Shown: one piece after another, positions 26,082 through 38,608 of the stretch
Layout of the letters: each line of letters opens with the position of its first letter
How positions within the stretch are numbered: position 1 is the stretch's first letter
Assembly: GCF_032191835.1 (NCBI RefSeq)
Contig: NC_083233.1
Coordinates: forward strand, 34,968,001-35,032,000
DNA from: Heteronotia binoei
Lineage: Eukaryota
Length of the DNA stretch: 64,000 nucleotides
Reading direction: 5' to 3'
Notes under the pieces: model-generated
What the model was told of the DNA's origin: nothing
Databases searched by the model: none
The model's input: the letters and a program-made list of their open reading frames with translations, nothing else
Made by a program: the position numbers and the translations under genes

Positions 26082-26433
26082 GTGAGTGATTGCAGTGGTG
26101 TCCCATCATTTGCTGCCTCACAAACAAGCAGAAAGCTCAGGTTGAACAGACTGGCAAAAGTGCTGCTTGTCTGGACTGCAGGAACCAGCCTTTCTAGTCT
26201 ATGCACCTTTTCCATTCTCTTTTTTAAAAAAATTATTATAAATATTTCAATTCAACTTCCAACAATACAGCAAACAAATGATAAAAAGAAATGAAGCAAC
26301 TAAGGTTGATATCTAAAACAATAATATATTGTCATCAAAACCATTACAAGAATCCTAAAGCAATAGTAGTAAAAAAAAGGTTAATACAATTAAAAAACTA
26401 TCAAGCAGAACGCTATATGAACATAGATGCCAT

Positions 26434-26629
26434 CAGGGCCTTTTTTGTAGAAAAAGCCCAGCAGGAACTCATTGCATATTAGGCCACACACCTTGATGTC
26501 ACCATTGTTTCACACATGGCTTTTTTGTAGAAAAAAGCCCAGCATGAGCTCATTTGCATATTAGGCCACACCTTCTGACACCAAGCCAGCTGAAACTGCG
26601 TTCTTGCTAAAAAAAAAAAAAAAGCCCTG
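26434..26629. mobile_element. hAT MITE (same family as 22976-23172, opposite orientation)
   Basis: TIRs CAGGGC...GCCCTG. TSD GATGCCAT/GATGTCAT (7/8). Confidence 0.87.
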
Positions 26630-27305
26630 GATGTCATCATAACAGATTTAGAGGTTACATTTCTTTCAGAACTACATCATGTTCAGACAAGTAATAAACC
26701 ATTTCTCATCGAAGCTGGAGCGTGAGGGATTAGACTCTCATTTGTTTTTTTGGTCAGTAATGTTCGCCATCACATATTGCTCCCAAATCTTACAATGCCA
26801 TAATGTGAGAGTTGGTGTATAGGATTTTTCCAAGTTAAGGCAATAGTTAATTTTGCTGCTACCAAAAGAGTGGAGATGAGCTCTTTTCTTTATATTTTTA
26901 TCTGTTTTACTAGCTTTGTAGCTGTTGGCTGGGAGACTGGTGTGTTTTATTGGGCAATTTATGATTATTTAGTTTTTATTGCTGTTTGCCACACTTGTAG
27001 CCTGGTGGTTAACAAGAGTGGCACATATATCTTCTGAAATAAAGAATGGCTGGATGCTTTTCCTTACATGCAGAAAACTAGCATGTAAGGGGAAGGACTT
27101 CCAGCCCAACATGCTAATTTTCTATGTGGATGGACATAATTTGTGTGTGGAAAAATATTCACCTGTATGATTACCCCCCACACATACACATATCAGACCG
27201 GTGAGAACTAGGCCAGAGCAGGCTGGAATTGTGTTAAAGAATATCTTGCCATCCCTTTTAGAATGTGGTTTCCCCTCTGAATTCTTCCATTCTGTGCTCA
27301 CACAG

Positions 27306-27394
27306 ACAGTCTGCCCTCTCCAGCAGCGTGGCCCCTGCACACCTAAGATCAGAACCAACACCTGTTTCTGCTGTGACTTGTATAATTGTGGAAG
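27306..27394 (+). CDS. TMEM255A: TMEM255A coding exon 6 (89 nt)
   Basis: acacag| TVCPLQQRGPCTPKIRTNTCFCCDLYNCG |gtgagt. Confidence 0.96.
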
Positions 27395-28236
27395 GTGAGT
27401 AACATGTAAATTGAATTTAAGATCCTGGAATGGAAGAGAATTTAGTGACATGGAGCTAACAGGATACAGTCACACTGTTCAGATCTTCCTGTTGTATAGA
27501 ACATTTTCTCTACTCATCCTGGCTGTGAACCTGTTTACCTGCCATTCGCATCAAAATGGGAAAAGAAATCAGAATTTGGGCCTGAGGCATGGCTTATTGA
27601 GAAAAAGGTTGTAAATCATCATATTTGCCCATTCAAAATCCAGAACAAGAAGCAAAATTCAGGCAGTACCTTTTATTAGAGACATCCAGAATGACACATA
27701 ACATTGTACCCATATTTGAACTCATCAGAGCTCTTCATCAGGCTAAATGTGACGAAACCTAAAAATGAAAGAAAACAGATTTTCCAGGTCAAGATCTCAA
27801 GACTTTCTTTTGCCAGCCATTAGTGTTAGATGCTGACAGGTTCACAGACATTTGTTTAATTGGTGTAGGTGTTAGATTAGAAGCACCTGCATTCTGGGAA
27901 GAAGCAGCAAACAATTGGAAGGTCATCTCATTTGAAAAAAAAAAATTCTCCCCAGGATGATTTTGTAGCCTTGTCTGGCTGTGAGTTTTGGTGGCAATCC
28001 ATCCCATGAAACATTCGTTGCCTAATCTAGGCTTTAAAAATGCCTTATTTTGGCACCGTTTAATCAGCTAGGAGTCCTCAAAGATGCTTCTGAATACAAG
28101 GAAAAGCATCCCCACCATGTATTAATTTTAAGTGAAGGGACTGCTATCCTATACATGCATTGTGTTACATTTTCTTTTTTGTTATTCAAGCATTCTGCAA
28201 GTGTGGGGTTCTTAAACATACTATTTCTCCATACAG

Positions 28237-28399
28237 CAGAGTGGAGATTTCTGGTGGCTACTATGAATACATCGATGTCAGCAGCTGTCAAGACATCATC
28301 CATCTTTACCATTTGCTGTGGTCAGCAACCATATTGAACATCGTTGGCTTATTTTTAGGGATCATCACAGCTGCAATCCTTGCTGGCTTTAAAGATATG
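28237..28399 (+). CDS. TMEM255A: TMEM255A coding exon 7 (163 nt)
   Basis: atacag| (S)RVEISGGYYEYIDVSSCQDIIHLYHLLWSATILNIVGLFLGIITAAILAGFKDM |gtgagg. Confidence 0.97.
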
Positions 28400-29007
28400 G
28401 TGAGGAAGTGAAAGCGCATCAAGGTAGCTGGGGAACTAATGGGAGGAACCTCTTGAACACTCCAGTCCCATACACAGTACCTTCAGTCTAAGCTGATTGA
28501 AATCAATTGCACTGTAAAATTGCTAGAGCTTTGATTTGTAGATTTGTCCATTAGTTGGTGGTGCTGACAGTTATGAACTCATATGATGATGTCTTATACC
28601 AAGTCAAGCCATTGGTCCATCTAGCCGAGTACTGTCTATGCTGACTAGCAGCAGCTCCTTAAGGTCTTGGACAGAGAAAGGTCTTTCCTGTCACATGCTG
28701 CCAAGGAGTCTAAGCCTGAACCCTGAGAGTTCCCAGGACAATGTACACAAGAGGCCAGTCCTTTGTAAAAATATATGAAGTTTATTAAATATTTTCTGGT
28801 TAAAACAATTTTATTTGGTAACATATGGTAACAAATTATATTTCTTGCATCATTAATAATTTCTTTTATCTATCCCATATATTACTTTCTACCCACCCCT
28901 CCCCCCGTTACTTGACCCCCGCCGGTGTTATTTACTTAAAGTACTAATGTTTAAAGATACCCTTAACTAATAAAAACAAAAATTAATATTCTTCTTTTTT
29001 CTAAGAT

Positions 29008-32000
29008 TTAATCATAATCAAAAATTGTCCAATGTCTTTTTATTTTCCACTCTTTTTCTACGTATCTTCTGAACTTTTTCCACTCCATCTTAAAAACTTC
29101 TAAATCATAGTCTCTTAAAATTCTTGTTAATTTGTCCATTTCACTCCATGTCATAACTTTTACAATCCAATCCCATTTCTCTGGTATTTTTTCTTGCTTC
29201 CACAACTGCGCATATAATGTCCTAGCAGCTGAAAGCAAGTACCAAATTATAGTTCTATCTTCTTTTGGAAATTTTTCCATTTGTAATCCCAACAGAAAAG
29301 TCTCTGCAACTTTCTTAAATTCATATCCCAAGATCCTAGAAATTTCTTGTTGAATCATCTGCCAATACGTTTTTGCTCTTTCACAAGTCCACCACATATG
29401 GTAGAAAGAACCTTCATGTTTTTTTACATTTCCAACATCTGTCTGACATCTTATTATTCATCTTTGCCAATTTCTTAGGAGTCATATACTATCTATACGT
29501 CATTTTAAAACAGTTCTCTTTAATACTATGACACGTCGAAAGCTTCATAGAGTTCTTCCACAAATATTCCCAAGTTTCCATCTGTATTTCTTTATTTACA
29601 TTAATTGCCCACTTAATCATTTGAGATTTCACTACTTCATCTTCCGTAGACCATTTTAAAAGTAATTTATATAATTTTGAAATTAATTTTTCGTTGTCTC
29701 CAAGCAGAACTTTTTCCATTTCTGTTTGCTCTTTTCTTATTCCTTCAGTTTTAATGTCATTCTCCACCAAGCTCTTTATTTGTTGCATTTGAAACCAATC
29801 ATATTTATTATTCAGCTCTTCAGCAGTTTTCAATTCTATTTTGCCACTTTGTATTTTCTTTTCTTCACCCATCTCAGCTGTTATTTTTATCACTTCGGCT
29901 GGCACTATCCATAACGGTTTTCTGTCTTAACGGTTATATGACAACCACTTTTCTTCACCCGTCTCAGCTGTTATTTTTATCACTTCGGCTGGTACTATCC
30001 ATAACGGTTTTCTCTCATCTCCAAATTTCTTATATTTTATCCATGTATTTAGCAAACTGTTTCTTATATAATGGTGAGAGAAAAAGCCGTCTATCTTTTT
30101 TTCCCCATAATACATATAAGTGTGCCAGCCAAATTTATTTCCATGACCTTCCAACGCTAAGAGTTTTTTGTTTAACAACATTATCCATTCTTTTATCCAT
30201 ACTAAGCAAACTGCTTCATGATATAATTTTAAGTCTGGTAATTGAAATCCGCCTCTCTCTTTTGCATCTGTTAAAATTTTCATTTTAATTCTTGGTTTCT
30301 TCCCCACCCACACAAACTCTGAAATTTTTCTTTGCCATCTATTAAATTGTTTACTGTCTTTCACAATCGGAATAGTTTGTAACAAATACATTATTCTTGG
30401 TAGAATATTCATTTTAATTGCGGCTATTCTACCCAACAGTGACAAATTAAGTTTATTCCACTTCAACATATCTTCATCCATTTTACGCCATAGCTTCTCA
30501 TAATTATTTTTGAACAAATCAATATTCTTCATTGTTATCTCCACACCCAAATATTTTACCTTGGAGGTAACTTCACAGCCCGTTAGTCTCCGCAATTCTT
30601 GTTGCTTATTTATTTGCATATTTTTACATAGAAGTTTTGATTTTTCTTTATTAATACAAAGTCCCGCCAACTCCCCATATTCTTGTATTTTGGCTAACAA
30701 CAAAGGTGTGACTTGTATGGGGTTTTCATTTATAAACATTATATCATCTGCAAATGCTCTGTATTTGTAAGTAAATCCTTTTACTTTTAATACTTCTATT
30801 TCTTTGTCTTCTTGAATTTACATCAGTAATATTCCAAGAGTCATTATAAACAACAGTGGGGAAAGTGGACAACCGTGTCTTGTACCTTTACTAATTATCA
30901 TGTCTTCTGTAAGATCAGCATTTATACATAGCCTTGCACGTTGTTCAGTATATATTGCTTTTATCATTCTTATAAAGCTTTATCCCAGCTCCATTTTCTC
31001 CATTACTGCAAACATAAAATCCCAATTTAAATTGTCAAATGCTTTCTCTGCGTCCGCAAAGAATAATGCTACTTCCTTTTCTGGATGTCTTTCATAATAT
31101 TCTACAATATTTACGGTTCTGATATTGTCTCTTATTTGTCTTTTGGGAAGAAACCCTGCTTGATCTTCCTTTATAAAATTTATCAAATATTGTTTAAACC
31201 GTTCTGCCAAGATTCTTGTATATATTTTATAGTCATTATTTAATAATGAAATTGGTCTATAATTTTTTACGTTCGTAACATCTCTATCTTCCTTTGGAAT
31301 CAATGAAATAACAACTTCCTTCCACGTATTTGGTATTTTCCCTTTTGTTCTTATCATATTCATCAATTTCTGAAATTTTGGGATTAACTCCTCTTTGAGG
31401 GTTTTAAAAATTTTAGCTGTATATCCATCTGGCCCAGGTGCTTTTCCATTTTTCATTGCATTAATTGCTGCTTCAATTTCTATTTTTTCAATTCGATCGT
31501 TCAAAACTTTTCGCATATTTTCTGCTAAGGTGCTTTTATTATCTTTTGTAAGTACTCATCCATCTTTTCTTTCCTTATTTTAACACCTTTAAATAACTTA
31601 GCATAATACTTAAAGAATTCTCTTTTTATTCCTTCTTGATCTACCACCTCTCTTACATCCACCACAATTTTATTAATAATTTTACTTTCTCTCTTTTTCT
31701 TCAGTTGCAAGGCCAAATATTTTCCGGGTTTGTTTGCTCCCTCGAAAGATTTCTGCTGCAATCTTTTCAGATTCCATTCCAGTTCTTTATTTAACAAATG
31801 TCTCATTTGCATTTGTAATATTGTAATCTTCCTTATAATTTTCTTTTTCCTTGGCCTTTTTCTCAGTTCCCCTTCTTTTTCCTTTATTTCATTTTGCATG
31901 TCCAACATCTGTTTTTCTTTTGCCCTCTTTTCTTTGTTATTCAGTGTAATCAATATTCCTCTCATTACTGCTTTATAAGCATCCCAGACCGTCTGAAATT

Positions 32001-32825
32001 CTATATCCTCTTTATCGTTTATTTGGAAGAAAGCTTTCGTTTCATTTTCTAGAGATGTCACTATTTCTTCTGTAGTAAATCTTCATTCAATCTCCATCTT
32101 CTCAACTTCTTAGACAATTTTGTAATTCACATTATTGGGTTATGGTCAGCCCCAATTTTAGGTAAAATCTCTATTTTCTTTGTTATAAGGCCTAAGTCTT
32201 TAGTGCCCCACAACATGTCAGTTCTGGAAAAAGTTTTATATCTTGCTGAAAAAAAGGTATAGTCCCGCACTTCAGGATTAAATTTCCTCCATATATCCTC
32301 CAAATTTTCTTGTTTGACCAATTAAAAAAAAGACTTTGGCAATTTTCCTTCCTTATTTTTTTTTTTACCCCCAGATCTATCCAGTGTGTTCTTAATTGTT
32401 CCATTAAAGTCCCCCATTATCAAAACTTGGTCATAAGTCAGTTCATCAAATTGTTGTATAATGTCTTTTTAAAAAGCATCCTTTGCACCATTTGGTGCAT
32501 ACAGTCCCAATAACAACGGATTTTTTGCATTTAATATTATTTCTACCGCTACAAATCTTCCATCTTTATCTTTAAACACTAATTTCAGCTCCAATTCTTG
32601 TTTAATATAGAAAATCACTCCCCTTTTCTTCTGTTCAGCCAATGAATAAAATTCTAGTCCCAGTTGTTTATTCCATAAAAATTTGTAATCCTTTTGTTTG
32701 ATATGCACTTCTTGTAAACAAACTATATTACAATTTTGCTTTTTAATCCAATGAAACGTTGCCTTTCTTTTTTGTGGTGAATTTAGTCCATTTACATTCC
32801 AAGATAATAATTTGTAATCCATCAT
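29008..32825 (-). pseudogene. L1 ORF2 (EN-RT-Cys-rich), multiply frameshifted
   Basis: LLSWNVNGLN...CLQEVH (EN), PGPDGY, YRPISLLN, DQAGF, DAEKAFD, FADD (~30740-30755), YLGV, C-terminal WWTC. Split across at least 8 ORF pieces. Confidence 0.93.
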
Positions 32826-33586
32826 GGTGCAAATTCTTTATGTTCTTCATAAAAACTACGCAGTTCCTGTGTGCTTGTAATTGTAATCCTTTTTCCTTGC
32901 AGCTCAAAGCTCAGACCTTCAGGTATTATCCATCTATACCTCATTTCATTGTCACATAGTTTTTCTGTCAATTTTTTGTATGCTTTTCTGTCATTTATCA
33001 CTTGTCTTGGCAATTGTTTCATAATTCTTACTCTGCTGCCTCCCACTATCAATGTCTTTTCAAAATGTTTATTCAAGATTTTTCCCACCATTTCTTTTGT
33101 CATATATATTATAACCACATCTCTTGGTAGATTATTTTTCTTGGCATATAGTGAGTTCACTCTATACATATAGTCATACATGCTTCTAGTTCCTTCAGGC
33201 TCTTCCTCCAAAAATTCTGCAATTATTCTTATTATATATCCTTTCAAATCAGTCTCTTCATTCTCAGGTACTCCTCTCAGACGTATCTGGGTTTCCATCA
33301 ATTTGCAGTCATGAATTGCCACCTTTTCTTGCATTTTTAGCAAGGTGGAATCATGTACTTTCACTCTCTCTTCCACCTCTTGCACTTTCTTTGATGTTAC
33401 CACAGTCTCATTTCTGAGATCTTCTATATCTTTCCTTAGCTCTTCAATGTCTTTTCTAATTTCTTTTTTAGAAGCAGTTATCATGTCTCTCACCCCTTTC
33501 ATCATCCTGGCTTCCATTGCTTCTAATTGCTCTTGCATTTTCTCCATTGAGGCAGTCCTTGCACAGGTTAACTTATGCTCTGACAT
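32822..33586 (-). CDS. L1 ORF1 protein (coiled coil + RRM/CTD type), open
   Basis: 254 aa, N-terminal coiled coil, IRLRGVPENEE, PRDVVI, YRWIIPEGLSF segments typical of vertebrate L1 ORF1p. Confidence 0.85.
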   Translation of the reverse strand: MSEHKLTCARTASMEKMQEQLEAMEARMMKGVRDMITASKKEIRKDIEELRKDIEDLRNETVVTSKKVQEVEERVKVHDSTLLKMQEKVAIHDCKLMETQIRLRGVPENEETDLKGYIIRIIAEFLEEEPEGTRSMYDYMYRVNSLYAKKNNLPRDVVIIYMTKEMVGKILNKHFEKTLIVGGSRVRIMKQLPRQVINDRKAYKKLTEKLCDNEMRYRWIIPEGLSFELQGKRITITSTQELRSFYEEHKEFAP

Positions 33587-36313
33587 TTAAAAAAACCCAC
33601 AGAAAATGTTGACCTCTCCAAATTAAATTTAAACTATCAGGTTTGATAGAGTAAGGCTTGCCCTTTTCAATAAGCCTAATTTCGCCGTCCTCAGAGCCTC
33701 CTGGGCTCAGATATTAATTTTTGAAGTTTTTATTTCTTCCAAAATGGCGGTCGCGACTTTCTGCTTTCCTTTAAAAAAATTTTCCTTCAATAGGCTTCTA
33801 AAATAATTATCAGCAATGATGTCCAATAGTCTTTACCTTATAATTGTCACCACTGCCAGCTTCATCAATTTTTAATGTCCCGAACGCTTTAAAACTTTGT
33901 TTAAATTTTGACCTCCTAGCAATGGCCGCTGATGTTTTTCTATGATTTTATAGTCCTAAAGTAGGCTAGCTGCTTCAATGATTTCCCTTTTTCATCCGAC
34001 ACTTCCTGCTTTTCTTACCACCAAGTCCCGTTTTCACTAGTAAAAAGATCTCACGATGTTTGACGTATTTCCTGTGATGACTATGAGAGCTGCAAATCCG
34101 TGATGACAAAACAATAAATTCCTTTCCACTTTTTAGCACTGTCCTTTAAATTTACAAAATTCAAATTTCGCCCCTTCTCCCCTTGTTCTTCCAAGCTTTC
34201 TGAATCTCTATTTCACACCTTCTGATTTCATTTTGTTTAACTTTAAATAGTCCCAGAATGAAGATAGTCATCAGTACCTTTTTCTGCAGTTATCCAGATC
34301 CAACACCGGTCTTGTATAGCTTTAGATGTTTAGCAGTCTTAAAGAAGGTTAGGATCCTGTCGAGCTTATGTCAAATAAATGACTCTGGAAACTTCTGCAG
34401 ATGATGAATATGCAACTCGTCTCCAGAGACCCCTCAAAGCCTCAAAGAAGCCCCCCCCCCTTGGGACTCCCTTTTAGCCAAGGTAAATCTCCTCAGAGTT
34501 TCCTGTGCATATCTTGGACTGATCTCTGACTGAGAAAAATAGGCAGTAGACATTAAATTGCCCTCCACTACCCCAAACAGAAGCCCCAGCCTGCTCCCCT
34601 TCTGAGAAGCAATTCAGCTCAGCATTTTCCAACCCCGGAAGTCCCCAAGTTTATTAAATATTTTCTGAAACATTTTTTGTTTCTAGGCAACACAGCACTC
34701 TAAAATCTTGCAGCAAAAGAAAACAAGAAAAGATAACTTTTACTATCAAATACCTTGCATTAGATAGCACAATTTTAAAAGTCCCAAAAGGTTGAGGCAG
34801 CGGCCTTAAGCATTCTCTATGTAGCCATGCACTGCTATGCAAGCCCATCATAGTCCAGGCATCAAGTCACCAAAAATCCCCAAAGTTAGCCCTCCTTCAG
34901 TCAGACTCTTTGTTCAGTTATAAGCTTGATCCAACTGGTGTCAGGTGATGGTAACAATCCAATCAGGATACATTCTCACTAGGATCCTCTAAAGACTACA
35001 TCATCACTCCTGCTTCCTCCCTCCCATCCAGCGGGCCACAGGTTCTTAAGATCCAATTTATCACATTCCTAACTCTGGCCTTGAAGATGATAAGAGCCAT
35101 GTAGGTAGATAGGCCCAATTGCTAACACTTGCAAGACAGAATGAGCGTGTTAGTATTCTCATTAACCCTTTGGGAGAAATCAAGGGTGCTTTACCTCACA
35201 CCTGCTGAGATCCTTTAAAAGTGGGGAGAGTTGCCTTGGAGCTTCTGCCATGGCCCATTTAGAGCTAAGCTAAATGCCATGATCAAATGTTCCACCCCTT
35301 TAAATTTGTGTGCATAGCAAGCCATGGCTAACCCAGATTTGGTTCAGGACCACAGCACCTGGGGAGGGTTTGCTTGTTTTTTTTACCTTTTTTGCTTTCA
35401 TCATTTTTTTACCATAAATGCCCCCTTCCCTGGAGCTACAGTTGCCATTCTAGGGAAAACTTAACACATGCCTGTAATTATTTCACTTTTATAGCAAATA
35501 GCAGCTGCTGGGTTTCCTCAGGAAAAAAACATTACCTTCTCCTTGCCCTGTGCCCTGGGATGCTCATAGCTAATTGCAATAGAATTTTTTTTAGAGACAG
35601 GAGATCTGATTGTGGATTTCCAATGCCTTGTCTGCTTGATCACTGTGTGGTCTGTTCTTGAGACTGTTTGGGCATGTTGCTGTAATAAATAATGCAAAGG
35701 AAACACTAATGGGAGCCTTCACCTTGTAACAGCCTTTTGGGCATTCAGTTGTAAGCATCTCCCTTCAGTATTTCAGAAAATGATATATTGGCATTTGGGT
35801 ATGAATAGTTAAAAAAAAAAATCTCAGACAGATAGTTTAATGGTAGACCATGAATCAGTTAATATGTTTTATGTGGCGAAACAGCTATAAACATTACTCA
35901 TAAGGCTCATAATGTTTGATGCCAATCTTTCAGGGAGTTCTCTTGTACAAGTCTCACTGAAATGAATGAAAGCTATGTTAATGGTTCCCATTCATTTTCT
36001 TGGAGCTTGCACAAGAGTGGATTGGGCCCAGTGTATGTCTAATATATCAGTCCTTTTATAATTTGTGGGTTCTTTGGCAGGTGGATGCTTTGGGACTGAA
36101 GCAAATAGAAAACAAAGAACAGAACATCCATTTGGTTGTTAATACACTCGACCTGTTTTGAAAACCATAAATGAATTCCATAAAGTCCAAAGCAAATTGG
36201 ATTAGCTTTTCTGTTCTTTTTCCAATCTCTTGTAATATCCCAGCTTCCTCTTGCCTTTGGATATCTCTGGACCTATGTGGTAATGGATTTTCCATTATCC
36301 ATTCTTTCCACAG

Positions 36314-36457
36314 ACTCCCTCGCTTCCTGCTCTTAACTGTACAGTTGAAAATGCTCGGCCCACAGTATCCTATTACTCAAGACCCCAGGTGACTTCGTAT
36401 AATACATATTATCACAGCACTCCACATCTGCCACCATACTCAGCGTACGACTTCCAG
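36314..36457 (+). CDS. TMEM255A: TMEM255A coding exon 8 (144 nt)
   Basis: ccacag| TPSLPALNCTVENARPTVSYYSRPQVTSYNTYYHSTPHLPPYSAYDFQ |gtacag. Confidence 0.96.
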
Positions 36458-37849
36458 GTACAGTACACCAAACAGTGCAAAAAAAGGTTCTCTTTTTTAT
36501 GCCAGTAAATGGGAAGAAGATATCACCCAGTTATAACTTCTTTGCTTTTGTTGTTTATGTCATCCATCCATTCTGAAATAAAAACAATTTCATCTTTTGC
36601 CTTGCTGGTGCTTCTTCTTGAACCACATCCCTATTCGATTTCAATCTGTCGATATTTGAATGTGTATAGACTGCAGTTGTGCATGGACTGACTTTGAGAT
36701 ATTTGGAAACTGTTCATAAAAACTTACGTGTAGATTTGCCACCTCTGCTGTTGTTCTTTCGTCTTTAAATATATCTCCTCCCCCCTTTCTTTCTTTTTAA
36801 AAATCTTATTTGGTTGCTGGATTTTAAGACTTTTTTCTTGTTTTTCCCCTCCCATTTATATATATATATATGCCAGTTTCAGCCTGCAATTAGTGGAGAA
36901 GAGGCCGTCTCTTATTGTGTAGGCTTTAGCCCTCTTCACACAGCACTGCCTGCATTTAAATCAACATGCAGCATGGCTGCCCACCACCCCCTGCCATATG
37001 TCAGTGCCTGTTTCTAAGTACAGAACCCATGAGTGCATCTGAAAAAATGTTCCCGATCACATGGAAGGGAGCCTACAAGCATAAACTCCATGTTTGGGAG
37101 CCAGTGCTCATGTGTCAACCAGAGAATTTATGCCTGTTCCCTCTCAGTGTGCATACTGTAATGTGTAGAGTGCTTTTGATATTTTGCCAGGGAAAAGGCA
37201 TGCTGCACAAAACTATCAGAACGTTTTCATGAAGGTCAACAACTCGCTGCCTCAAGGCCAAACCTGACCCCTAGTGTGTTGCTGTGCTCCCCTCTCACTC
37301 TTGCCAGATCCGGGGACAAGAGCAAGGGTGCCTACGCAGAACCAGTTGCAGTGGGACTTGATCTCCGGCCATTGAGGTGGTGTCATGACAGGCCATGGGA
37401 GGCCAGTCCTAAGCAGAGATACACTGTTGAGATCAGTCAGTTCCGAAGGATTTAATTGGGCATTGTAACTATCACCTTGCTGTTGGCTCTAGGCCATGGC
37501 TTGCAGTGTGGTACAGAAATTAAGGGGGGTGGGACCAGAATGATCTGATATAAAGAAGCTTCATGTTGCTCAAGATATTTTTTTAAAAAATCAGAGCCTT
37601 TTCAAACTTGTATACATTAATAACAGTTGCGGAACTGGTATTCTGGATTCTGAACTTCAGTTTTTTAGCTCAGGGCCAAGCAAGGTGTGACATTTTCCCA
37701 TGAGTCAGGCCTGGGTTTCACCAAACTGACTCTCATTATTGTCAGTTAGACAGCAGCTCCTGGGAAGTGATTTCCCAAGTGCCACAGGGGCCAGATTCAG
37801 ATCGGGACTGTGGTGCTGAGAGAGTCACCCTTGTGAGAAAGGGAGAAAA

Positions 37850-38515
37850 GTATTTCTTTCTCTACCTCCTCCAACCCATGCATAATTTTGTAAATCTCTG
37901 CCATGTCACTCCTCAATCATCATTTCTCCAATCTGAAGAGCCCTAACTTCTTTAACCTTTCTTCATAGGGATGGCGTTCCATACCCTTGATTATTTCTGC
38001 ACCTTTTCCCTTTTCTACACCTTTTCCAATGCTGTAATCTCTTTTTTGAGGTATAATGACGAGACCAGAACACAGTGTTCCAAATGAAGTTGCACCATAA
38101 ATTTATATAGGGACATTATGATACTGGCTGATTTGTTTTAAATCCCTTCCTAATAATCCCCAGCATAATAATCCCCAGCATACCCTGTGGTACCTCATTG
38201 CCTACCGCCTTCTACTGTAAAAACTGCCCATTTATACTCTCTCTGTTTTCTGTTAATCAACCAGTCTTAAATCTACAAGAGGATATGAATAAGTATTTAT
38301 AGTCACTCTTTATGTTTTTTGCATTATGTTCCTCATAGTACCTTTTTTCCTGTCTGATAATCAACTTGCGTGTTATTTGCCAAATTCTGTGCTCCCTTTT
38401 ATTTACCTCACTCAAACCAGCTATCCACAACTTAAACAAATCCTTCTTACCTTTTATTGCTTCTATAACTTGCTGTTAATTTTGCAAGCCTTTTAAAATA
38501 CCTATTCATACTTTT
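37850..38515 (-). mobile_element. Internally deleted CR1 ORF2 remnant
   Basis: Three antisense segments similar to positions ~3400-3730, ~2940-3050 and ~1990-2230 of the CR1 at the window start. Confidence 0.75.
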
Positions 38516-38608
38516 CCTAATCTGCAGTATACATTGTATAACAGAACAACAAACTAAGGTGGTTGTTACTTCTGTGCCAAGCCTTCTTTTCTCTCTCATC
38601 CTTTGCAG

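Larger units (their letters stand above)
28799..34646 (-). mobile_element. Full-length L1-clade LINE (5.85 kb), antisense in TMEM255A intron 7
   Basis: 21-bp TSD AAGTTTATTAAATATTTTCTG at 28778-28798 and 34647-34667. 5' end GGGGACTTCCGG, ~1.06-kb 5' UTR, ORF1, fragmented ORF2, AATAAA at 28810-28815 (minus). Confidence 0.95.

Noticed and set aside
29858-30013. Repeat-spacer-repeat pattern as a CRISPR array
   Set aside because: Only two copies, inside L1 coding sequence of a vertebrate genome.
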